Assembly: GCA_029856145.1 (NCBI GenBank)
Contig: JAHQWK010000012.1
Location: 115,714-179,713, forward strand
Direction: 5' to 3'
Length of the DNA stretch: 64,000 nucleotides
From: Promethearchaeia archaeon
GTDB taxonomy: Archaea > Asgardarchaeota > Lokiarchaeia > Sigyniarchaeales > SOKP01
Of the stretch, positions 39,502-50,158 are shown piece after piece. The position numbers were made by a program, and so were the translations under genes. The notes beneath the pieces are model-generated. The model was given only the letters and a program-made list of their open reading frames with translations, did not search any database and was not told where the DNA came from. The first letter of the stretch is position 1, and every line of letters starts with the position of its first letter.

Positions 39502-40770
39502 TTGAATATATCTCGTGGGATTTTAGGGGATAATAATTCAAGAATAAATTTTTTAATATTACTAAAATTGATATCAAAATTGGTGGTTGACATAATAAAA
39601 AAAGGATTATTTATTGAAGAGGAACATCAAAAAAGTATAAGTGTTGACTTATTTTGTCCAGTCTGTAATGCAAAAGGACAAGTTAATGTGCCGAAAAATA
39701 TCTTGAAGGAAAATGGATTAACAACGATATCAATTCCAAGTAATTCAATGTGTGAACACAATTTTCAGATCTTTATAGACCAACATTCTAGTGTTCGAGG
39801 ATATCAAAAAGTTGATTTTGAAATTATATCGAGTCGTCATGATTCAACTGGATTCACTTGTTTAATGTGTGATGCAGATGTTACTTTTAATATCAAAGAT
39901 GAGAATACATACTTGAAAAAGAAAGTAAATGAAAAATTCTTGGGAAAAGAAACGTATTCATATGAAGTAGCACATTACTATGATAATGAATTACATGTAA
40001 ATAATGTTCTCGTTGATAATTATGGAAGATTTCAAGATTACTTAAATACTTATAAGATAAAGCTTGAAAATTATACCCATGCTGAAAAAAAACCTCAACG
40101 ATTTTTTAAATTAAGCAATGAAGGTCTAGAACCTCTGGAAACCCATTCATTCTTCAAGATATTTCTTATATTCAACACATTTAATAATTGGTTATTCGAG
40201 CTTGTATCTCCCTCTCAATTTAATACCGTAGAACTCACAAATCTTCTCTATAATAAAATGGAAGAGACATTTAAAGTATATTCTTCTTTCCCTAATTATT
40301 TAAATATACCAGTAGCAGAAAAGACTTTTCACGTTTGGATTTCAGGTTCAAATATCATATGTATTAATTTAAATGAAGGAATAGAAATCCCGTGGATTAA
40401 GTCAGTAATTAAAAATATTAATAAGAATATTAATTTTGATGGAAATTTAATTGCTAAAAGTCCTAGGATTTTATTGATATCAGAATTCTTTAACGGAGCA
40501 GATTTGAATCAAAAACAGGATTCTATTATAAAACGGTTAATTTTTGACGACTTACTTCATTCAAAAATAACAATAAAATTTGAAGAGCGAATAAAACGGA
40601 TTGTTGATAGAATCAGTTCTAATTTTAAAATAAGACCTGAGATACTTAATGAATTTTTTAATGAGAATCTAAGTACAATTGAATATTTAAGGAAATCTGG
40701 AAATACTGACCTATTAGAAAAATTCATTGATATAATCGATTTCATTAACAGAAGGAAATTATTAGAGTAA
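39502..40770 (+). CDS. Hypothetical protein with two Zn-ribbon-like modules
   Basis: CPVC...CEH..FID..VRGYQ and CLMC...H..H..VD. True start is probably downstream of 39502. Confidence 0.65.
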   Translation: MNISRGILGDNNSRINFLILLKLISKLVVDIIKKGLFIEEEHQKSISVDLFCPVCNAKGQVNVPKNILKENGLTTISIPSNSMCEHNFQIFIDQHSSVRGYQKVDFEIISSRHDSTGFTCLMCDADVTFNIKDENTYLKKKVNEKFLGKETYSYEVAHYYDNELHVNNVLVDNYGRFQDYLNTYKIKLENYTHAEKKPQRFFKLSNEGLEPLETHSFFKIFLIFNTFNNWLFELVSPSQFNTVELTNLLYNKMEETFKVYSSFPNYLNIPVAEKTFHVWISGSNIICINLNEGIEIPWIKSVIKNINKNINFDGNLIAKSPRILLISEFFNGADLNQKQDSIIKRLIFDDLLHSKITIKFEERIKRIVDRISSNFKIRPEILNEFFNENLSTIEYLRKSGNTDLLEKFIDIIDFINRRKLLE

Positions 40771-41111
40771 AGCTTAGTGCTATAGGCTCATTAAAAGGTT
40801 GGACGATATAAAATAAGAATAAAATAGAGAGTAATACACAATATATTCAAAGAAAATAACGTATAATTAAATTCAATGAAATATACATAGATTATTCAAT
40901 TAGCTTTTTCTGGGCATTATGGAATTTAAACAAGAAATTTATATATTTTAATTTTTGACATAAATGAGCCATAAATTTTAATATTCTTCCTGCAAATTTT
41001 TATGACATTGATTTTTATATTCGGTTTTCTATGTTATTCAAGCATATTATTAAGAACAGTTTATCTTAAAATACTCTTAAAACTAAGTAGTATTTAAATT
41101 CCTAACTAAAT

Positions 41112-42101
41112 GTGGGAGGATTTTCTAATATGAAAAATAACATCATCATAAGGAATTTAGTTCAAGAAGATGCTGAAAAAATTGTGGAATTAATCAAAAA
41201 TGTCTATGGAAAGTTATATTATGAGCCAGAATATTATGACATTGAATTTATACAAGAGAAAATAAGAGAAAAACACACTTATTGGAAAGGGGCTTTTTTA
41301 AATCGAAAGTTGATTGGACAAATGCTTTTTACTATAAACCATAAAGCTGGATATTTAAAAGTCACAATGGTTGATCCAGAATTTCGAGGAATGGGGATTA
41401 TTACACAATTTGGTATTGAAATGATGAAATTGAAAAAAATTATGAATTCCTCAATTCTAAAATGTGTTTACGCTATTATTAATGAAGATAATAATCCCAT
41501 AATTAAAGAATTAAAGAAATTCAATTTTAAATTTTTAGGTAGGATTCCTTATCAAGATAACAGTAAAGGGTTGATAATTTTTGGTCTTATCCAATATGAT
41601 TTTAATTGGAAAATGATCAAACCACACTTAAAACTAAGTCTTTCAGTCTATAATTCAATTCAATCTGCAGGAATAAAAAGGATTCTATCCGCTTCAAATT
41701 TAAATAAGGATTCCCAGAACATCAAGAGCAGTGATATAATAATTTCTAGATCTAAAGTAAAAAATAATGGAGCAAAAATTATCCAAATTTGTATGAAAGA
41801 TGGGGAAAATATAGCAGAAATTATCGAAAATCAATATCAAAAATGTTGGTATGATTTTAAATTTCTAAGAAATAATATGAATCTCACAAGTAAAAAGAAA
41901 GTAATTGACATTATCTTAAATGAATACTCAAACAATAATAGCATAAATTCAATCTCATTTCCAATATCGGTTAATGATTTTATTAGTCAGAATATACTTA
42001 TTGATTTAGGTGCAAAATACTACGCTTACCTCCCTTTCTATTACAAAGATTATGATTCAATATTATTAGGATTTTCAAAAATTAAGAAAGAGGTGTATTA
42101 G
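41112..42101 (+). CDS. GNAT-fold acyltransferase-like protein
   Basis: IIRNLVQEDA..., MVDPEFRGMG acyl-CoA motif. Start is probably ATG 41130. Confidence 0.7.
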   Translation: MGGFSNMKNNIIIRNLVQEDAEKIVELIKNVYGKLYYEPEYYDIEFIQEKIREKHTYWKGAFLNRKLIGQMLFTINHKAGYLKVTMVDPEFRGMGIITQFGIEMMKLKKIMNSSILKCVYAIINEDNNPIIKELKKFNFKFLGRIPYQDNSKGLIIFGLIQYDFNWKMIKPHLKLSLSVYNSIQSAGIKRILSASNLNKDSQNIKSSDIIISRSKVKNNGAKIIQICMKDGENIAEIIENQYQKCWYDFKFLRNNMNLTSKKKVIDIILNEYSNNNSINSISFPISVNDFISQNILIDLGAKYYAYLPFYYKDYDSILLGFSKIKKEVY

Positions 42102-42119
42102 AAAATTAAAGTTAAGATA

Positions 42120-43631
42120 TTGTACATTAAATCTCTTCCATCAAAATTAAGATCTACTGAAGAATTTGCTTTAGAAGTATTGGATAATCCAGAATATGAT
42201 AAATTCCCCCAATATGTAAATAAAAATGACATCCAAAAAGCTTTTGATGAGTTTGGGTATAAACTTAATCCGTATAATTCCACGATTTATGCTAATAGTT
42301 TAGGGTCTCCAAATATAGAAGGTCGTTTCTTATCAAAAAATATTCCTGAAATTGAATCTATTGTCATTGATAAAGCTATCACAGAGGAAAATATTAAAGA
42401 AATAATTGATAAATCAGATGATATCACTCATATAGGCTTAAGTATATATGCTCATAGATTAGAAAATGCCATTAAAATAATTGAAGTTATTAACAAGAAT
42501 TACCCCGAGCTAGAGTTATTTATAGGAGGTACTGGGACATTATTTGAAAGATTAAGCAAACTAGTTCATAAAAAAAACATTTGTACTGGGAATGGAATTG
42601 TTTGGTTAAGAAAGAAATTTGGATTATCTCAACTAAAAATAAGAGATTATAAGATTTCTACTGTAATCATGAATACTCGGATATTACCCATAAATATTAA
42701 AACAGCTTATATGGTAACTCAAATTGGTTGTCCATATAATTGTGATTTCTGTACTACATCAAAACAGTTGCAATATTTACCATTTTCAAAGTCAGAAGTT
42801 ATTATAGAAAACTTGAGAAATTTATTAGAAATGGATCGAAGGGATAAATTTTTATATTTATGTGAACCCAATGCATGTTTTCCTGAACGAGATTGGAATG
42901 AAGTATTTAATTATTTTATTAACTATAAGGGAAGTTATGATAATTATTTGTATATTATTTGTCTGATTTCATTAAATCACTTAAAGAATTTTAACCTCAG
43001 ATTAATACAAGAAAAATGTCGAATTAAATTTCTTATGGTAAATTTTGGCATTGAATCAACACTTAAAGGAGGTTATGAAAAAAATCGTGGTATATCCAAG
43101 GATTATATTAAAAATTTGTCTGATCTTGGAATTATTACCAACCATAATTTTATTCTTGGATTACCTTATCATACAAATAAAAATATTGATTTAGAAATAA
43201 AAGGAAACCTTGAGTATAATTCTAATATATATTTCATTTCAACACTTAAAACATTGCCTCGAACTTATTTGTACGAACTCCTTAAAAAAGATGGACGCCT
43301 TTTTGGAGATGATTTACCTGCTGAGTTAGTTTATCAAGATGGATTTTTTACTTTTAATCATAAAGCACTTGGAGGAGGATTTTCTGCACTCAAATATGCG
43401 TTTAAAGCATATAATGAAGTTGAAAAAAATGTTATTGATGTATACTCAAATATGGCTGAAACTTTATTTAAGTCTCCTATTGCTGATAATTCATCTTTTT
43501 TAAAAAAAATAATTAAGATATTATTAAACCTTAGTAATCACAACTTTAAACTCTTTGAACCAAGAATGCCAAGAACGCTTTCTAATATATTCCGTGCCAA
43601 AACCCAAATGTTAATCAAAAATCTTCAATGA
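42120..43631 (+). CDS. Radical SAM protein with probable N-terminal B12-binding domain
   Basis: IGLS...FIGG, GCPYNCDFC, FGIES, FILGLP; start uncertain. Confidence 0.82.
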   Translation: MYIKSLPSKLRSTEEFALEVLDNPEYDKFPQYVNKNDIQKAFDEFGYKLNPYNSTIYANSLGSPNIEGRFLSKNIPEIESIVIDKAITEENIKEIIDKSDDITHIGLSIYAHRLENAIKIIEVINKNYPELELFIGGTGTLFERLSKLVHKKNICTGNGIVWLRKKFGLSQLKIRDYKISTVIMNTRILPINIKTAYMVTQIGCPYNCDFCTTSKQLQYLPFSKSEVIIENLRNLLEMDRRDKFLYLCEPNACFPERDWNEVFNYFINYKGSYDNYLYIICLISLNHLKNFNLRLIQEKCRIKFLMVNFGIESTLKGGYEKNRGISKDYIKNLSDLGIITNHNFILGLPYHTNKNIDLEIKGNLEYNSNIYFISTLKTLPRTYLYELLKKDGRLFGDDLPAELVYQDGFFTFNHKALGGGFSALKYAFKAYNEVEKNVIDVYSNMAETLFKSPIADNSSFLKKIIKILLNLSNHNFKLFEPRMPRTLSNIFRAKTQMLIKNLQ

Positions 43632-43640
43632 TGAATAGAT

Positions 43641-44705
43641 TCATTTTAAATATATAGAATTCTCGAACTCCTCATATTCAAGTTTTGATTCATTAAAAAT
43701 TATTTTTATAATATTATATTCTGTTGTATGCTTTTCAATTAATAGCTGAAAAGATAATTTAGATTCATTAATGTGAGTAATCCATCTTAATTTATTAAAT
43801 AGCTTTAATAATTTAAGCTTAAACTCTCTTGGTTTTATCCATTTGTTTAAATCATCAATTATTTCCCTTATTAGCTTTAAACCATCTTCAATATTTTTAA
43901 AAGAAATTAAAGGAAGGTTGGACTCATTAATTCTTACCCATAAATGTAAATCCTCCTCATCCTCTAAGATCTTATTAAAATTTGTAAAATATGCTGTATT
44001 ATACTCAAAAAGCTTTATTCTATCCTCTAAAGCGGGAGCATCCACTTTGAATAACTCTGTCGATCCAAAGTCCATTCTAGTATAATTGTTAGAATGAGTT
44101 ATTCTATCAATTTTAATACCTAAAAATCCCAAAATGCCAGCAATACACTTAGAAAAATCATAATGCATATCAGGATAAATTCCAAAATATTGAAATATGT
44201 ATTTATTTCCACTACGCTCAATCATCACATCCTTAGTGGTATTATTATTAATCATAAAGTTTTTAAACCTATTTAAAGTGATAATAGCATCATCTTCTGT
44301 GATAGGTTTACCACCAGTGAAGAAATTTTGATACATCATGAACATATTTAATAATCTTTTTAGATCAAATTTCCCATACTTATTTATTTTAACAATAAAT
44401 TCATAATACATAATTAATGCTCTAAATGACATTTTCTCATAAAATTTATTCATCCTACTATCCACTGCAACCTCTAAATCATCCATATTTTTACCTTTCA
44501 GAAATAGATTCATTACTTTTTCTAAAATATTTGTTATAAATGAAGAATATGATTTAACCTCATTTTTTATTTGGTTTCCATGTTCTTTCTGCTTTTCTCT
44601 TTCATATTTTAGATATCTCTCAATCCAATCATCAAGATACTCAGGTAAGGTTATAGATTTTCTAATTTTTTTTTTTGATAACCTTCTAGGTTTTGGAAAT
44701 GGCAT
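43641..44705 (-). CDS. Hypothetical protein with N-terminal ribbon-helix-helix-like segment
   Basis: RKSITLPEYLDDWI...SYSSFI pattern. Confidence 0.55.
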   Translation of the reverse strand: MPFPKPRRLSKKKIRKSITLPEYLDDWIERYLKYEREKQKEHGNQIKNEVKSYSSFITNILEKVMNLFLKGKNMDDLEVAVDSRMNKFYEKMSFRALIMYYEFIVKINKYGKFDLKRLLNMFMMYQNFFTGGKPITEDDAIITLNRFKNFMINNNTTKDVMIERSGNKYIFQYFGIYPDMHYDFSKCIAGILGFLGIKIDRITHSNNYTRMDFGSTELFKVDAPALEDRIKLFEYNTAYFTNFNKILEDEEDLHLWVRINESNLPLISFKNIEDGLKLIREIIDDLNKWIKPREFKLKLLKLFNKLRWITHINESKLSFQLLIEKHTTEYNIIKIIFNESKLEYEEFENSIYLK

Positions 44706-44882
44706 AAATATTTAAAAAGTAAATTTTGTTAAAAAAGATATTATTTATTCTAAATCGATATAAAATAAATATAAATTTATATAAGTTGTTTATAAAAAAT
44801 TTGTTTCATTAAATTTTTTAATCCTTATTGAGATTAAAATTGAGCTTTAGTGCTTTTTCAAAAAGAAAAGAAAAAATTGAAT

Positions 44883-45887
44883 TTATTTTAGGAATTTGAA
44901 ACAAACAGTAATGAGAGGATATGATGTTTTGATTTTTCTAGCTCCCGCTTCTTTTGCCCAATTTATTAATTGGTCTCGTGTAAAAAATCCTTGAGCACCT
45001 TTCACAACAATTACATGGGAATTTGCGTAATGATTTACTCGGGGAGCAACAGATTGAGCTCCAAAAACAAAACCATTTGGTTTTGTAACCCTTAACATCT
45101 CTGTAATTGCTTTTGGAGTATTCGTCCAATGTAGAACTTGAGAACTGTAAACCATATCAAAACTATTATCATCAAATGGAAGATTTGTTACAGATGCTTG
45201 CTGAAATTTTGGATAATATTCTTTTAGAGACGCGATTTCTTCTTCTGTTTTATCTGAGTGCCTTGATAACATCTTTGGAAATTCATCTCTTGCGATATTT
45301 AATAAAGATTCATCTGTATCAATACCTATTATTTTCATTTTTGTACCTGGATAAAATTTTTTCGCTTGTAGGTAATAATTAAATATCGCTGCAGTACTAT
45401 ATCCTGCTCCAGTTCCAATCTCTAGAAAGTCTCCTTCATGTTTAATTGCATTTACATACGCAAAGGCAGACTTCCTCATTTGCTCATATAAGGTATCTGT
45501 AAGTGCGTCGTCCCAATTAAACAAATTAATTCCTCCAGTAAAATCAGCAAATTTTCCTTTTAAACGTTGGGGATAAAATTCAACATATTGAAGCATGATA
45601 TCCAATAATGCATCAGAGAGAAGTCTTGATTTTTCTGGATAATGACCTAACTTATGATTATTAAAGTAAAATTTAGAATCTGGTGTTAATGAAAGGATTT
45701 TATCACTTTGTAAAACCTCTAAAGTTGTAGAAACTAAATCTAAGTCTGTATAGTTAAATTGTTCAACTATTTCTTCCATAGATTTAGGTAATTCTAAATA
45801 ATCAAATAATCCTTCTTTATCTAAAACCCTAATCAAATTTCCTTTATAAAATTCTCGAGCTTCCCTAATTTTCGTTAAACTCATCAT
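44883..45887 (-). CDS. Class I SAM-dependent methyltransferase with N-terminal wHTH/dimerisation-like region
   Basis: LEIGTGAG, GID, LPFDDNSFD, LHW, RVTKPNG. Confidence 0.88.
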   Translation of the reverse strand: MMSLTKIREAREFYKGNLIRVLDKEGLFDYLELPKSMEEIVEQFNYTDLDLVSTTLEVLQSDKILSLTPDSKFYFNNHKLGHYPEKSRLLSDALLDIMLQYVEFYPQRLKGKFADFTGGINLFNWDDALTDTLYEQMRKSAFAYVNAIKHEGDFLEIGTGAGYSTAAIFNYYLQAKKFYPGTKMKIIGIDTDESLLNIARDEFPKMLSRHSDKTEEEIASLKEYYPKFQQASVTNLPFDDNSFDMVYSSQVLHWTNTPKAITEMLRVTKPNGFVFGAQSVAPRVNHYANSHVIVVKGAQGFFTRDQLINWAKEAGARKIKTSYPLITVCFKFLK

Positions 45888-46249
45888 AATTTTAAGAATT
45901 TTAAGCCATGCTTTTATTCGATGAACTATTTAAACCACCTTCACATTTTTATTTATTATGACTTATTTCTGTAATCGTTCATCGATATTTAAAAGAGGTT
46001 AATAAGTTAAAACGAACTAAAACCTATTAAATATTTCAGTCTGAAAAGTTTTTATTACGCACCAGAATTATAACACACTTTTTGTACATTCCCCGTTGTT
46101 GATTAGAAATATAAGAACTTCCATGAATTCTAATAATAACCTAAATCTTAGATTATCTTAAATTATTATAATAAAGATTTAGAATTATAATCCATATCTA
46201 TATAAAATAATATGATTTCACATAAAATAGGAATTTTCAATATATTTAG

Positions 46250-46642
46250 GTGATAATTATAACAAAAAAACCAATTGGAATTACTAATGGTAAATTTCAT
46301 CCCTGCCCAAAATCTCCAAATTGTGTTTCGACTCAGAGTACTGATAAGCAACATAAAATGAGTCCATTAATTTATAACGTCTCACCAGAAGAAGCTAAAT
46401 CGAAAATTTTGAGAATTATTAACTCCCTAAAAAGAACTAGAATTAAAACTGAGACAGAAAATTATATTCATGTTGAATTTAGAACGGCAGTTTTTAGATT
46501 TGTTGATGATGTAGAATTCTATTTTGATGATTCAGAGAAAATTATACATTTCCGCTCAGCAGCTAGACTTGGATATAGCGATATGGGTGTTAATAGGAAA
46601 AGAATGGAAAATATAACAACATTATTCCAAAGTGGAAATTAA
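46250..46642 (+). CDS. DUF1499 protein
   Basis: CPKSPNCVSTQ, FVDDVEF, RSAARLGYSDMGVNRKR. Confidence 0.9.
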   Translation: MIIITKKPIGITNGKFHPCPKSPNCVSTQSTDKQHKMSPLIYNVSPEEAKSKILRIINSLKRTRIKTETENYIHVEFRTAVFRFVDDVEFYFDDSEKIIHFRSAARLGYSDMGVNRKRMENITTLFQSGN

Positions 46643-46798
46643 AATCATTATATAATTTTTCTTTTAGTAAATAATTTAATAGCTATTCTCAATTTTTTCA
46701 TATTTTTTTTCTCTAATATTGATAAAACATTTATGAAAGATAATGAGGATATTAAAAAGTGTTAATTGGGTTTATTCTATTAACGGGGTGTTGTTTTT

Positions 46799-47197
46799 AT
46801 GAAAAAATTGAATGAAAAAAAATTGATTTTTGTTTATAATGCAGATTCTGGAGTAATTAATTTAGTTAAGGATTTTTGGAAAAAGATTTTTAGACCAAGC
46901 TCATATGAGTGTAATCTGTGTATGCAAACCTTTGGTACTTTCTCTATGAAAAAAGATTGGAAAACTTTTATTAATAAGATAAATATAGATACTGAATTTT
47001 TGCATCGGGATGAATTTGAGAAAAAATATCATATGAAGGATGCAAATTATCCTTCAGCATATATGCTTGAGAACGAAAAGTTAACATTAGTGATCTCTGA
47101 TGATGAAATGAACTCAGCAAAGACTTTAGATGAGATGGAAGTTCTAGTGTTAAGTAAGATAAATTATTTGTCTTATATTCCTCAATCTACTGTTTAA
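46799..47197 (+). CDS. Conserved hypothetical CxxC protein (paralog 1)
   Basis: LIFVYNADSG...YECNLC..TFG...EFLHRDEF. Confidence 0.75.
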   Translation: MKKLNEKKLIFVYNADSGVINLVKDFWKKIFRPSSYECNLCMQTFGTFSMKKDWKTFINKINIDTEFLHRDEFEKKYHMKDANYPSAYMLENEKLTLVISDDEMNSAKTLDEMEVLVLSKINYLSYIPQSTV

Positions 47198-47348
47198 TTA
47201 TTTAATTTATGCAAATATTTCTTATTCTTCCATTATTTTTCATTTATTTTTTGTAGAGTGTTTAAAATTTATGTTTTATAACCTATAATTTAAAAAAATT
47301 TAGAATTAAACTAAATTGTATATTATCTATTAAAATTTATAATAAGAG

Positions 47349-47771
47349 TTGATCTATGTGAGTGAACATGACGGAAAGAAACTAATCTTTGTGTATAATG
47401 CAGATTCTGGTGGATTTTTTACAGGGCTTAAAGATACACTCCATAAATCATTTCGAAAAAGTACTTATGAGTGTAATCTTTGCGCTGTGACCTTTGGAGC
47501 TTTCGGTATGAAGAAAGATTGGAAGAATTTTGTAAATGATCTTGACGTACCTGTCGAATTCAAAAAAAAAGATAAATTTAAATTCGAATTCCTACATAAG
47601 GACGAATTTAGTGAAAAATACAATGTTTCCGATGCTAAGTTTCCCTCGGCATATCTTTTAGATAAATCAGGATTAGACTTATTTATATCTCAAGATGAAA
47701 TGAACGCAGTAAAATCAATCGATGAGTTAAAGGAATTAGTAAATCAGAAAATTGAGAAATTTGGATTGTAA
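47349..47771 (+). CDS. Conserved hypothetical CxxC protein (paralog 2)
   Basis: Same motifs as the upstream gene. Confidence 0.75.
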   Translation: MIYVSEHDGKKLIFVYNADSGGFFTGLKDTLHKSFRKSTYECNLCAVTFGAFGMKKDWKNFVNDLDVPVEFKKKDKFKFEFLHKDEFSEKYNVSDAKFPSAYLLDKSGLDLFISQDEMNAVKSIDELKELVNQKIEKFGL

Positions 47772-47811
47772 TTCCGATTTTCTAATTTATCTTTTGATTT
47801 TTCTATGTATT

Positions 47812-49917
47812 TTATTTCCATTTAGGTTTTAAAAATTCTAAAGTTTGATTAATATCATGAGTCGGAGGCTTACATGTCTTATTAATGCAGACATATGCCG
47901 TGGCCATATCATCAAGATTATAGAAAAATTCAACAAAATTAGAAAAATCATCAATTTCAGGAGTAGGTTGCTCCGTATTTCTTAGCATGAATACTTTATT
48001 AGGAAGGTATTCATTTAAAATTGCACTTATTAACTCTATTGTATCATTAGCATCGGAATCACCAGCTATAACTAAAGAATAACTTGGCCCTATAGCAAAG
48101 TCAATTGCTACTAAAAATTGAGTATAAGCTAAAGGGCTTGCCTTTATCTTTTCAGAAAACACTCTAACTAATGTGTCTGCTTTTTCTTCTAACTCGTGAT
48201 TCCCAGTAATATAACTTAATCTTAACAAATTTAGCATAGCAATTGAATTTCCTGAAGGAATAGCTCCATCATATATTTCTTTTTGTTTTGTTAATAATTT
48301 TTCACTATCTTTAGCAGTGAAGAAAAATCCTCCTATATTACTATCCCAAAAATCCTCGATTTGGATCTTATGGAATTCAAGAGCTGTTTTTAGGTAAAAA
48401 ATATCAAAAGTGGCTTCATATAGTTCAATAAGACCCCAAATGAAAAAAGCATAATCAGTTAAATAACCTTTAATTTCTGAAACTCCATCTTTATATCGAT
48501 GTAATAATTTATTATTAGATTCTCGAAGGTTTGAAAGAATAAAATTAATAGCCTTCTTTGCAGCCTCTAAATATTCATTTTCTTGAAAAGCTACAGCACC
48601 TTTGGCAAGAGCCACAATCAATAATCCATTCCAATCAGTTAGGATTTTATCATCTTTATGAGGATGAATTCTCTTATCTCTTGTTTTAAACAAGGTTAAA
48701 CTAATTTTCTCAATCTCTTCAAGAGTTTCTTTATCTAGAAGTTTTCTTAAATGTAAAATATTTTTATTTGTTTTTTTCCTCGATGCTTCTTCAAGGTAAT
48801 TACCGGATTCTTCTATGTTAAAAATTTTAATAGCTAAGTCTAATTCCTCTTTATCTAGGATTTTTTCTAATTCCTCTTTAGACCATACATAAAATTTTCC
48901 CTCTTCTCCTTCACTATCTGCATCTTCAGCAGAATAAAACCCCCCCTCTTTTGATGTCATATCTCTAAGAACATACGAGAATATTTCTTGTGCTGTCTTT
49001 TTATATAATTCATTTTTAGTAGCTTGATACGCTTCAATATAAGCAATTGCGATTAATGCTTGATCATAGAGCATTTTTTCAAAATGAGGAACAAGCCAGG
49101 TTGAATCAGTTGAGTACCTATGAAATCCAAAACCAACATGATCATAAATTCCACCTTTTCTCATTGCTTGAAGTGTAGTTTCAACCATTTCTAATGCTTT
49201 TTTATCACCAGTACGCTTCCAATATCTAAGCAAAAATATAAGATTATGGGGCGTAGGAAATTTTGGACGATTTCCAAATCCACCATTCATAGAATCAAAT
49301 TGTATTGATAATTGCTGATATGTATTTTTAAGAGTGTTTTCTGAAAATTTCTCTCCAGGTGATTCTTGATTAATATTTTGAAGACTGAAAGTAATTTGAT
49401 CGGCAGAATTAATTAAATCATTTCTCTGGTTATTCCAAAGCTCTTTAATACGTTTAAGTAAATCTATTAATCCTATCCTTCCAAATCGAGTCTGCTTAGG
49501 AAAATAAGTTCCCGCAAAAAATGGTTTCTTTTCAGGAGTCATTATAATAGTGAGAGGCCATCCTCCTGAGCCTGTCATCATTTGACAAACCGTCATATAT
49601 ATTTTATCGATATCTGGGCGTTCCTCTCGGTCTACTTTTATTGATACAAATGCTTCATTCATCAATTCAGCAATTTCTTCATCTTCAAAGGATTCATGAG
49701 CCATTACATGGCACCAATGACATGTTGAGTATCCTATTGACAGAAATATTGGTTTATCCTCTTCATTAGCTTTCTTAAACGCTTCTTCTCCCCATGGATA
49801 CCAATCTACTGGATTTTTAGCATGTTGTAATAAATATGGACTCTTCTCAGATTTCAATTTATTAAATTCTGCTTCTCGTGTTATCATATAGTAATTATAA
49901 ATTTCATAGAATATCAA
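47812..49917 (-). CDS. YyaL/SPATA20-family thioredoxin-domain protein
   Basis: [35 protein letters not shown]. Confidence 0.94.
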   Translation of the reverse strand: MIFYEIYNYYMITREAEFNKLKSEKSPYLLQHAKNPVDWYPWGEEAFKKANEEDKPIFLSIGYSTCHWCHVMAHESFEDEEIAELMNEAFVSIKVDREERPDIDKIYMTVCQMMTGSGGWPLTIIMTPEKKPFFAGTYFPKQTRFGRIGLIDLLKRIKELWNNQRNDLINSADQITFSLQNINQESPGEKFSENTLKNTYQQLSIQFDSMNGGFGNRPKFPTPHNLIFLLRYWKRTGDKKALEMVETTLQAMRKGGIYDHVGFGFHRYSTDSTWLVPHFEKMLYDQALIAIAYIEAYQATKNELYKKTAQEIFSYVLRDMTSKEGGFYSAEDADSEGEEGKFYVWSKEELEKILDKEELDLAIKIFNIEESGNYLEEASRKKTNKNILHLRKLLDKETLEEIEKISLTLFKTRDKRIHPHKDDKILTDWNGLLIVALAKGAVAFQENEYLEAAKKAINFILSNLRESNNKLLHRYKDGVSEIKGYLTDYAFFIWGLIELYEATFDIFYLKTALEFHKIQIEDFWDSNIGGFFFTAKDSEKLLTKQKEIYDGAIPSGNSIAMLNLLRLSYITGNHELEEKADTLVRVFSEKIKASPLAYTQFLVAIDFAIGPSYSLVIAGDSDANDTIELISAILNEYLPNKVFMLRNTEQPTPEIDDFSNFVEFFYNLDDMATAYVCINKTCKPPTHDINQTLEFLKPKWK

Positions 49918-50158
49918 AACGTTGGTTATAAGCTATTAATATTATTGAAAATGAACTTAAATATGAAAATCATATTCAATATCTTTATTATAAATTAGAA
50001 AATCGGCAAATGTTTAATTAACTTAACAGCTTGGTAAAAAATGAAAAATAAATTTATAAAAACAACTTTTAAATAAATTTTTAATCTTATTTATTATTAG
50101 TTTTAATTAATATCTAATAATGATAAGATATTTTGATTATGAGGGAGTTTAAAAAATT

